From Verrucomicrobiota bacterium (GTDB lineage Bacteria; Chlamydiota; Chlamydiia; Chlamydiales; JAAKFR01), in contig JAFEGP010000012.1 in NCBI GenBank assembly GCA_018239815.1, positions 157-64,156 of the forward strand: 64,000 nt of DNA, in the 5' to 3' direction. Shown piece after piece: positions 34,559-42,814 of the stretch; the stretch's first letter is position 1; the number at the start of each line of letters is the position of its first letter. Under the pieces are notes generated by a model. It searched no databases. It was not told where the DNA came from and saw only the letters and a list, made by a program, of their open reading frames with translations. The position numbers were made by a program, and so were the translations under genes.

Positions 34559-37500
34559 TTTTTCCGCCCCTTTATGAATACATTTAATTCATCTATTAAT
34601 GCCCGTCGATATGTTAGGCTCTGAAATTCGTGATCAAAGAAACCAGCTTCGGAATGAGAGATGAGATTAATGATTGTATCTTTTTCTCTATCTGCACCAC
34701 TTTTATCAATGCGAGGAATAAAATCCCGCTTTATAGATCCGTTCCGATAATGAGTGACTTGAGCGCATGTTGTCTGATAAATGTAGGCTCCAGGAGCAAT
34801 GGCAGCCACAGTGATACGATCTCTAAGTTCTGGTGGATAATCTAAAAGGGCATTTCTAACATGGATAGCACCTTGACTGTGGCATACCATTAAAAACTTC
34901 GCATTGGTCGAGTTTTTTTCAAAATAACTGTTCCACATTTTTTGAAGTAGTCGAACGGGTTCTGTCGCAATATACCTGAGCCCTAATTCACATTCCACAA
35001 GGTCTGTTTTATTGCCATGAGTTGCATTATAAACCGCATGAATAGAATGACCACCAGCTAGCTTGGAAAGATACAGAGCATTGTCATAAGCACTGTTAAA
35101 ATCATTCCAAACTCCATTTATAAAACCAATCGCAAGATCTGAAATTTCTATTCCTGGAACTTGGTAGGTCTTGGAAGGTTCATAAAAACCATATATTTTC
35201 TCAAAGTCGTCGCAATATTTGATTATGGGTAACTGAGAACTATTTGTTTTATCTAGATCACCCCCTCTTTTACAGGTACGGTGGTGTTCACAAAAACAAT
35301 GGTCTTCTACTTCGCCATAGAATTGTTCTTCACTGACTTGTGACTCTAGGCCAAATGGATCATAGCAGCGTAAGGGATTATTGTGACAATAAGCATAAAG
35401 GTTAGGTCCATCGATAAAACCTGCTGGATCTTTGCTGATCCATCGACCAATAGATGGGTCGTAATAACGGAAACCGAAATAGATCAGTCCTGTTTCTTCA
35501 TCGATTGGTTTTTCGGCATAGCGCCAATGATTTCCTAGAGCTGAAGAGGAAATTTGTTTTTGATAGGCATTGTAAATCTTTTCGGTGCCAAATGCCGAAT
35601 AGGTATAACTTTCAACAATTTCTCTGGAAGCAGGGTCAAGAAGAGCTATGACATTGCCAAAAATGTCGTGCAATATGGCGAAAGTCTGACTTTCGATTTC
35701 TATTGCAATGCTTTTTAGAGAGATTTGGCTACCAGCTATTCCTGGCACACGGAGCTTTTTGATGGCGCCTTTTTCATTGAGAATCCCTAGCTCGTGAAAC
35801 CCAATGTAAAAGCTGCGTGTTGTGAATAAAGTCTTCTTATTTTTTTCTTTGGAATCGTATGTTTTTTTGATGGCTCTGCGGCCAAAGGGGTCATAGGAAA
35901 AAGAGAGATATGTTTGATCAGGCTTTTCAATAGCAGTGAGCTGTGACAAGATATTGCTTTCAAACTGGCTTTCTTCTCCATCAAGTGTTTTTCTTAAAAG
36001 ATTCCCTTGTGGGTCGTAAGAAAATTCCGCTTTAGCTTGTGCAATCAATTGGTTAAGACTGTTATAGAGAAGTTCATCTTTGTTTTCTTTTAGACGGTTT
36101 TCAAGAGAGTCATAGGAGTAGTTTTTTTGAATACCATTTTTTTCTGAAGTAAGTTGCGAGAGCGAATTGTAACTATAAGAGCTATTTTCAGTAGAAAAAT
36201 CCCCTTTTCTTTGAATGATTAAGAGATTGCCTAAAGCACTATAGCCATTTGCTGGTACAGTCTCAGAGTAATAGTCGGTTTCAATAAGCGTTTTACGTCC
36301 ATTGAGGTCATAATGAGTGCGCCTGTCACCACAATAGCCAATGAATGTTTCTTCAAGAAGTTTGCCTGATTCATCGTATGACGTGTAGGCATGGCTGTAG
36401 AGCTCTTCTCCTTGAGGAGAAATACGTTTGACTTCTCTTCCAAATACGCCATCGTATGTATAGGCAATGCTTGAATCATCGGGAAGAGCTATGGATTTTA
36501 CTCTGCCTTGCCGATCATATTGAAAATTGAGTGTATATTTTCCTTCTCCATCTTTGACAATCTCTTGAGTAATCTGATTGAAGATGTTGTAGGTTCTCTC
36601 GACGGATTGATTTCCTAGAGTGGCAGCTGATATAACGTTCCCTCGTCGATCATAGGAATAGCTATTCGCAAGAAGGGGGGTATTTTTTCCTTCTTGATAT
36701 TGAATTGTAGACAAACAGCCTTGTTTAGTGTAGCTAAAGGTTAAAGGAACAGAAGTACCCGGAAGAGTTTTGGTCTCTAATTGTCCTAGAGTGTTGTAGG
36801 AATAAGTAGTTCTTTTCTCGTCAGAAAAACCTTCCGCTTCAATGAACTCTTCAACGCGCCCCATTGGACCATAGATCCATCGTGTTTTTTGAATGCTTGG
36901 TTGTTTTCCATCAGTGATGACGGCATTCTCTTCTAAAGATTTATTACCAACACCATCATAAAAAATGCTTTGAGAGGAAAGGAGCGTTCCTTTTGCGTCT
37001 TTTTTGATCATGGATATAGTTCTGCCGAGAGCGTCAAAATCAATTTTTGTTTGCACGCCTTCGGAGTTGATGATTGTTTTTTTGAGGCTATTTTTTCCAT
37101 AATCGATTAGCACTTTGATCTCATTGCCGGAAGCATCCGTAAATAAAATAGGCTCCCCAAATGAATCATAAGCAGTTTTAATGATGGACCTATCTGAAAA
37201 TGTAAATTCTTCCACGCAGTGTCCGGAAGAATCGTAAACAAATCCCTTGCGGAGTTGAATATTGCCGGCTGCACCCTCTGTTCTTTTTTCAATGACATTG
37301 CCTAAAAGATCATATTCAACACATTCTACAGAGTAATCTGATAGACCTAAATCAAACCAAATTTTTCGCTTATTTTCTCTACCTAGAGAGTCGTAACCAA
37401 TTTCTGTTTTTCTTGATTGAGGGTGATTTTCACTTTCATTATAAGGATATTGAAGAATTGCAATCACTCTTCCCTCAGGATCATGGCGATAGACGGTAAA

Positions 37501-40098
37501 GGTATCAGTACTTAAGTAACGATTTCTTAAACTTAAAAGACGAAAGCCATTATATCTGTATTCACGACCTGTAATAAAAGGCTCTTCAAATTTTTCTCGC
37601 ACAAAGGATACCTCTTCATAGGAGACTCTCCCGAGATAATCGTATTCATAAACTGTAATGATCTGATCGCGAGTTAACGAGCGATGCAGGCTACCCTCAG
37701 TATCGTATTTGAACATCTCGACAGAGCCATCCGGATACTGGATTTTGGACGGACTTCCTCTCAAATTATATATTTTGTAAGTTGTATACCCTTTTGGATC
37801 TGTGACAGAGAGCACATTTCCAAAAATATCATAGGTGTAAAAAAACGTAGGTTGAATGGGTTTTTTATACTCATCTAGTACAGTAGGATAGACCACTTTT
37901 GTTAGATGTCCGAAAACGTCATATTCAAAATGAGTTGTTTGTCCGAATTGATCGGTAGAGGCGATTTTTCTCCCTAATATGTCATAGGTATCTTGCAGAA
38001 TTTTTTGAAGATTGCCAACAGACTCGATGGTTTGGATCAGATTGTTTTTGTAGTCGTAGTGTTTCTCTATTGTTTTATTCTCATGGGGAATGGAAATCAA
38101 TATTTGATTGCCCACTCCATCATATGAGTAAGATGTTGTTTTTCCTTCTGGATCCGTTTCAGAGGTGACTTGGCCAAGGTGGTTGTATGTTTTGCTAACA
38201 GTAAAGGCGTATGCGCCATTAGAATCGTATGTTGTACATGAAAGCAGATAACTTTGTGGCGAATAGGTATTGACGAGTTTTCTAACGAGAATCTCTTTTT
38301 CTGTCTTTAAATCAACAGCTTTTTCTTCGATGACTTCTGGAAATCCGACTCCTGGTAGGGTTTCTTGGGGATGGATTTCTGTGATATGTCTTTCTGTAGC
38401 ATCGTATGTGTATTTGATGTCATCTCCGCTGTTGTCATCTTCGATGATTTTGATGCAGACACCATCGTCATTATAAAAACGGTATTCTCGTTTTCGAATA
38501 CAGGGTGGACTGCAGGTTGCTCCATCGTAAATGAACTTCGCAGTTAGCAAATTACTGTTTTTTTTGTAATGATAGGCTGTTTGACCCTTCTTACAATCAC
38601 CTAGGCATGTGAGAAGATTTAATCCATCTTCTGAGTAGCTAAAAGTTTTTGTATGGCATTCTTCATGATCTGGGTTAATGAGCTGTCCTTCGATATCAAC
38701 CTGCAAAGAAACTTCTTTTTTACCTGTTAAATTTCCGTAGAGTTTTTCTTCTAAAACATTACCTCGATTATTATACTTAAAGCAGCGGTAAGAATGGACT
38801 CTTCCTGTTGCATCGGAAATTGTGCGTGCAAGGAGAAAAGTGAGATCTTGCTTAGTTCTACCATAATATTTTCTGTCTGTGCGATAGAGTTTTCCATCCT
38901 GAGTTAAGTGCTCAATAGCTGTGAGTTGAAGACGGTCGTCATAATGATAACGTGTTATGATGCCAACTCCATTTGAAATGTCGGTATATTTATCTCCATA
39001 AATGAAGCGGTACAGAATTTCTGGTTTACCTAAAGTGGAAGAGGGCCCTTTCAGCGTTTTTACCCGTCCAACATCATCGTATTCTATTTCTACAAATCTT
39101 CCTTCTGGTAAACGTTTTTTGGTAAGAAAGCAATTGGACCCTTTGATTGCGTAATCGTAAGAAACTGGGATGCCATAATTGCCTTTGACCTCTTTCAGGA
39201 CATAAATGGGTTGTCTTCCAAGTGCTAGCTTTTCAAATACATAGGTCAGTTTTTTTTTGTCACTTGTAGTAACTGTGATAAGGCAGACTTTTGAATTAAA
39301 ATTATAGCTGAGGTGAATCCAAGAGTGTATCTTTTTCTGCGAAGCGTCTTTCATTTCTACAGAGGTAATATGCCCTTTGTCGTCGTAGGAAAATAAGATC
39401 ATATTTCCGCTTGGGAGTGTTTCAGAAATTAGGCGAAAATATTGAGGCTGTATTAGTTTTGATGCCAAACTAAGTGCGATCTCTTCTCCAAAAATTTCTG
39501 CAGGGGTCTCTCTTACTTTCTGATAGATACGTTTTGTTCCATCACCTAAAATGAGTTCGCAAGTTTCTTGTTTGAAATGCATGCGGCTATTCAAGTGATT
39601 CGTTTGACCGCTCATTTCTCCTGCATAACTGTTAACCATGCCTATAGTATCTTTAAGCATGTCAATCTTAAGCGGATCTTTAGTGTCCCCACTGACTTTT
39701 CTCCATCCACTATAGCTTAAAATACCTCCTGATCTTTCACCTGTAAAAGCGTAAACCCACTCAAAACGCTCTTGTCCAACCTTGCACTCTTTATTTTGAG
39801 GATCTCGCCCAGTGACTAAAAGAGTTTGGGGGAAAATGCGCCATCCTCCAACTTCTTTACCCGTCATGTAGTTTTTTGCATTGTAATAGCGCTGAAAAAT
39901 GAGTGTGTCGGGTCCCGCTATCTCTAGATCCAGGGCTGTTTCGCAATAGTCGCCATTGATGACATTGACACACTGAGCAATAAAGCTATCCGGATCTGAT
40001 TCTGTGGAAGGTAACATGACTGCTAACATCTGATCGGCACGGAGAGATCCTAAGCTCAAGAAAATCAAAAAAACAGATAGTGCAAATCGGATAAGCAT
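34555..40098 (-). CDS. RHS/YD-repeat polymorphic toxin with Sec-type signal peptide and a C-terminal alpha/beta-hydrolase-like domain
   Basis: Signal MLIRFALSVFLIFLSLGSLRADQ. Many YD repeats (YDDVGRV, YDILGRK, YDVFGHL, YDIFGNV, YDYLGRV, YDSLGRE, YDLLGNV, YDRRGNV, YDRQGRV, YDPQGNL, YDPFGRR). Canonical core end FRYYDPSIGRWISKDPAGFIDGPNLYAYCHNNPLRCYDPFGL (DPFGL at 35347-35361), then a 263-aa tail with LMVCHSQGA. Confidence 0.9.
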   Translation of the reverse strand: MLIRFALSVFLIFLSLGSLRADQMLAVMLPSTESDPDSFIAQCVNVINGDYCETALDLEIAGPDTLIFQRYYNAKNYMTGKEVGGWRIFPQTLLVTGRDPQNKECKVGQERFEWVYAFTGERSGGILSYSGWRKVSGDTKDPLKIDMLKDTIGMVNSYAGEMSGQTNHLNSRMHFKQETCELILGDGTKRIYQKVRETPAEIFGEEIALSLASKLIQPQYFRLISETLPSGNMILFSYDDKGHITSVEMKDASQKKIHSWIHLSYNFNSKVCLITVTTSDKKKLTYVFEKLALGRQPIYVLKEVKGNYGIPVSYDYAIKGSNCFLTKKRLPEGRFVEIEYDDVGRVKTLKGPSSTLGKPEILYRFIYGDKYTDISNGVGIITRYHYDDRLQLTAIEHLTQDGKLYRTDRKYYGRTKQDLTFLLARTISDATGRVHSYRCFKYNNRGNVLEEKLYGNLTGKKEVSLQVDIEGQLINPDHEECHTKTFSYSEDGLNLLTCLGDCKKGQTAYHYKKNSNLLTAKFIYDGATCSPPCIRKREYRFYNDDGVCIKIIEDDNSGDDIKYTYDATERHITEIHPQETLPGVGFPEVIEEKAVDLKTEKEILVRKLVNTYSPQSYLLSCTTYDSNGAYAFTVSKTYNHLGQVTSETDPEGKTTSYSYDGVGNQILISIPHENKTIEKHYDYKNNLIQTIESVGNLQKILQDTYDILGRKIASTDQFGQTTHFEYDVFGHLTKVVYPTVLDEYKKPIQPTFFYTYDIFGNVLSVTDPKGYTTYKIYNLRGSPSKIQYPDGSVEMFKYDTEGSLHRSLTRDQIITVYEYDYLGRVSYEEVSFVREKFEEPFITGREYRYNGFRLLSLRNRYLSTDTFTVYRHDPEGRVIAILQYPYNESENHPQSRKTEIGYDSLGRENKRKIWFDLGLSDYSVECVEYDLLGNVIEKRTEGAAGNIQLRKGFVYDSSGHCVEEFTFSDRSIIKTAYDSFGEPILFTDASGNEIKVLIDYGKNSLKKTIINSEGVQTKIDFDALGRTISMIKKDAKGTLLSSQSIFYDGVGNKSLEENAVITDGKQPSIQKTRWIYGPMGRVEEFIEAEGFSDEKRTTYSYNTLGQLETKTLPGTSVPLTFSYTKQGCLSTIQYQEGKNTPLLANSYSYDRRGNVISAATLGNQSVERTYNIFNQITQEIVKDGEGKYTLNFQYDRQGRVKSIALPDDSSIAYTYDGVFGREVKRISPQGEELYSHAYTSYDESGKLLEETFIGYCGDRRTHYDLNGRKTLIETDYYSETVPANGYSALGNLLIIQRKGDFSTENSSYSYNSLSQLTSEKNGIQKNYSYDSLENRLKENKDELLYNSLNQLIAQAKAEFSYDPQGNLLRKTLDGEESQFESNILSQLTAIEKPDQTYLSFSYDPFGRRAIKKTYDSKEKNKKTLFTTRSFYIGFHELGILNEKGAIKKLRVPGIAGSQISLKSIAIEIESQTFAILHDIFGNVIALLDPASREIVESYTYSAFGTEKIYNAYQKQISSSALGNHWRYAEKPIDEETGLIYFGFRYYDPSIGRWISKDPAGFIDGPNLYAYCHNNPLRCYDPFGLESQVSEEQFYGEVEDHCFCEHHRTCKRGGDLDKTNSSQLPIIKYCDDFEKIYGFYEPSKTYQVPGIEISDLAIGFINGVWNDFNSAYDNALYLSKLAGGHSIHAVYNATHGNKTDLVECELGLRYIATEPVRLLQKMWNSYFEKNSTNAKFLMVCHSQGAIHVRNALLDYPPELRDRITVAAIAPGAYIYQTTCAQVTHYRNGSIKRDFIPRIDKSGADREKDTIINLISHSEAGFFDHEFQSLTYRRALIDELNVFIKGRKN

Positions 40099-40634
40099 AT
40101 AGAAAGTCTTTCTTTACAAAGTTTTTAAGAAAAAAATTAGCAAAAGACTTCAAAAACTGATAGCAAAATCGGTTGTCTTAACCGACTTCGTAAAGATTGC
40201 AACACTCACGGATAGCCCCGCAAAACAAATACAACTTCTTTTTTATCCATGGCATGACGATGGGCTATTTGTGCCATCAAATCGCAAATTCGTCCATTTG
40301 CTATAATCCTTAATTCACTCATGCTTAAGGTGATTTATTAGAAGATAATAATTAGCCATGACTGCGTTCTGCAATCATATTGAGATGTCGAGAACGAACT
40401 ACACTGGGTTTTGGATGCAACATTTAATAAATATAAGTCTCAGATTTCCAAAGACTATACACTAGAGAATATGAATATAGTGAGAAAGAGGGCTCTTAAC
40501 TTGATTAATAAAACGAGAGGAAATTTGAGTATTAGGCGTATGCAGAATAGAATGAAAATAACGAGATATAAACTCACTGGAATTTTAAATAAGAAAATTT
40601 AAATTCAATCGCCCTAAAGAAACAATTAAGTCAA

Positions 40635-40663
40635 TTGCAAAACTAAATAATAATTCTTATAAT
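40635..40663 (+). promoter_or_regulatory. near-consensus sigma70/66 promoter for the three-paralogue operon
   Basis: TTGCAA - 17 nt - TATAAT read directly. About 43 nt upstream of the ATG at 40706, which is preceded by AAGGAAA. Confidence 0.5.
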
Positions 40664-40705
40664 TTAATTTTTGTTGTGCATAATTAAATAAAAGGAAACA
40701 TAAGT

Positions 40706-41206
40706 ATGAGTCTAAGCATTCCACCCTCATCCTCGCAAGACCCCTCTGCTTCCACTAACAAAGCGGGAGCCTCCCAAGCTGCTCAGGCTCAATCAGCAAA
40801 ACAACCCTCTCAACCTCAATTATGTGTCTTAGCAACAGTGTTTTTAGCGCTAGCTGAATGCGTCAATGTAGGTTCTGCGTCAGCCATAGCACGTAGCCAG
40901 GGATTAGACTCTTTAAGCCAGACCATGATTGATGAAGAAAGTTCTGTAGAAAAACTCTCTATTGGAACCCCTAGCGGAAGCAACGTCTCGATTATGCAAA
41001 CAACCATTGACAATGAAAATGTAATGCAACAACAGGCTACAGCAAATGCTCAAATGCAATCTATCCAACAAACGTCATCAGTGGGGCAAAACACGATTGA
41101 TGAATTAAGTCAAAATATCAACAGCACGCTCTCTGAACTCAACGCGGTTGCTGCAACTATGACATCTGTTGCTTACTCTGCAACAATGACCAAACCCCCA
41201 GCTTAA
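40706..41206 (+). CDS. small Q/S/T-rich protein, paralogue 1 of 3 (candidate T3S substrate; possibly DUF720/CT847-849-like)
   Basis: 166 aa with no Sec signal. P/S/Q-rich N-terminus, then a hydrophobic helix (LCVLATVFLALAECVNVG), a Q/N-rich middle and an amphipathic C-terminal helix. Shares architecture with the next two genes. Confidence 0.6.
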   Translation: MSLSIPPSSSQDPSASTNKAGASQAAQAQSAKQPSQPQLCVLATVFLALAECVNVGSASAIARSQGLDSLSQTMIDEESSVEKLSIGTPSGSNVSIMQTTIDNENVMQQQATANAQMQSIQQTSSVGQNTIDELSQNINSTLSELNAVAATMTSVAYSATMTKPPA

Positions 41207-41216
41207 GAGGCAATTT

Positions 41217-41723
41217 ATGAGCTCAATTAATCCCCTACCACCTACAAATTTACCTACCACAGACACTTCTCAAACCCAAGCCACTCAAAAAGTCGATCAA
41301 CCTTCCCCTCAAACCACTCAGCAAGTGAATTTTCTTCTTGGTGTGTTGGAAGCTTTGCTAGGTGCTACACAAATGATCCAGGGTATCACATCCGTACACT
41401 CCAAAAGCATCCAAAGTAACGCCTCTCAACAAGAAACGATCAACAACGAAATCGGTCAACTACAATATGATGTGATACCTTCTGGGACAACACCTAGCTC
41501 AACACAAGTCGATCAAGTTAATGCCACAAACCAAAACATTCAATTTCAACGCAGTAACTTACAACAAACAGCTACAATTCTTCGACAATCCGCACAAGCT
41601 GAAATGCAGCAAGTCACCTCTTTAACAGACGCCATGCAACAAGCCACCTCTGGCACCTCAGCAACTCTTAAGCTCATGGGAACTGTCTTAAAGCTTATTA
41701 ACCAAATTAGCCAACCCAAGTAA
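41217..41723 (+). CDS. small Q/S/T-rich protein, paralogue 2 of 3
   Basis: 168 aa, 10-nt spacer from paralogue 1. Same architecture (VNFLLGVLEALLGATQMIQG ... TLKLMGTVLKLINQISQ). Confidence 0.6.
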   Translation: MSSINPLPPTNLPTTDTSQTQATQKVDQPSPQTTQQVNFLLGVLEALLGATQMIQGITSVHSKSIQSNASQQETINNEIGQLQYDVIPSGTTPSSTQVDQVNATNQNIQFQRSNLQQTATILRQSAQAEMQQVTSLTDAMQQATSGTSATLKLMGTVLKLINQISQPK

Positions 41724-41739
41724 CTATAGGATAAAACTC

Positions 41740-42228
41740 ATGAGCCAACCTTCATCTGTAGACTCAACTAATGACCCTAATAACCCACCCGTTCAATATG
41801 TACAGGCTATAGCTTTAGTTAATAACCAAGATCCACAAAAAATCAATGTCACGCTGATGGTCGATCTAGCCCTTTTTCAGTGTGTACAGGAAGGACAAAA
41901 GGCAGCTATCGCTCAAAATGATGCTATGGAGGTTGCGAACCAACTCTCACAAGCCTTAATTGAACAATTGGGTGATCAAAAATTCCAAGATTTACCAGCT
42001 GGAACGTCTAATTCAGATCAAAATACTATTGTTAATGTTAACATTGCTAACCAACGTGTCCAAGCCAACGTAAGCTTGATTCAAGATCAACTTAATATCG
42101 GTCAACAAGTGTCTCAAACCGCAACTCAACAAGCTTCTTCCACGATTCAGAACACTTCACAAACACAAAGTGAGTTCAGCGCGGTGACACAAATCATGAT
42201 CGAAATCACCCAAGACATCACAAACTAA
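41740..42228 (+). CDS. small Q/S/T-rich protein, paralogue 3 of 3
   Basis: 162 aa, 16-nt spacer. Same architecture (INVTLMVDLALFQCVQEG ... FSAVTQIMIEITQDITN). Confidence 0.6.
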   Translation: MSQPSSVDSTNDPNNPPVQYVQAIALVNNQDPQKINVTLMVDLALFQCVQEGQKAAIAQNDAMEVANQLSQALIEQLGDQKFQDLPAGTSNSDQNTIVNVNIANQRVQANVSLIQDQLNIGQQVSQTATQQASSTIQNTSQTQSEFSAVTQIMIEITQDITN

Positions 42229-42235
42229 AGCGACT

Positions 42236-42814
42236 TTAACAAATGTAAGCACCTGCAGCTTCCATTTGTTTGAATGCTTGCTCACTCCCATCAAGTCCTC
42301 GACAAGCTTGACGTATCACATTGGTTTTAAGAGATAAAGAACATGCATCTAAAACAGTAGCTTTAACACAGTAGTCTGTTGCAACACCTACCACAAAAAT
42401 CTCAGTCACACCCTCTGTCTTTAAATACTCGAACAAACCTGTAGAGGCATGCTGCGCATCAAAAAAAGCACTGTAACTCTCAACTTGAGGATGCACACCT
42501 TTGTGGATAATTTTTTTTATTTTCTTTGTGTATAACTGAGAAGGAAAAGCAGCCCCTAGCGTGCCCTGTATACAATGATCTGGCCATAACTGATATCTAA
42601 CACCTTTGTGTTCGATCCAATCCCCAGGCTTTTTATGATGTGTTGAAGCAAAGCTAATGTGATGTGGTGGATGCCAGTCTTGACTTGCAATCACAAGATC
42701 AAAGTCTTTTTGCAGATCATTAATCACAGCAATCAAGACATTGGCTTCCGGAACAGGCAATGCCCCTCCAGGCATAAAATCTTGTTGCAAATCAACAATG
42801 AGCAAAGTTTTCAT
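42236..42814 (-). CDS. pncA: nicotinamidase/pyrazinamidase PncA (isochorismatase family)
   Basis: LLIVDLQQDFMPGGALPV, QDWHPPHHISF, VVGVATDYCVKATVLDA (catalytic Cys). Confidence 0.9.
   Translation of the reverse strand: MKTLLIVDLQQDFMPGGALPVPEANVLIAVINDLQKDFDLVIASQDWHPPHHISFASTHHKKPGDWIEHKGVRYQLWPDHCIQGTLGAAFPSQLYTKKIKKIIHKGVHPQVESYSAFFDAQHASTGLFEYLKTEGVTEIFVVGVATDYCVKATVLDACSLSLKTNVIRQACRGLDGSEQAFKQMEAAGAYIC

Noticed and set aside
36231-38547. Several 60-82-aa ORFs on both strands inside the RHS gene
   Set aside because: They are shadow ORFs within a continuous 1847-aa reading frame that has repeat periodicity. None has independent support.
34555-40098. RHS protein as a T6SS effector, Tc-toxin C component or CDI toxin
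   Set aside because: The window has no PAAR domain and no VgrG/Hcp, TcA/TcB or TpsB genes, and the protein begins with a Sec-type signal. The delivery route is left open rather than assigned.
40411-40602. 63-aa K/N/R-rich ORF upstream of the three-paralogue operon
   Set aside because: The composition is driven by AT-rich intergenic DNA. It has an alternative start, no RBS and no motif. A 37-aa minus-strand mini-ORF at about 40220-40330 was likewise not called.
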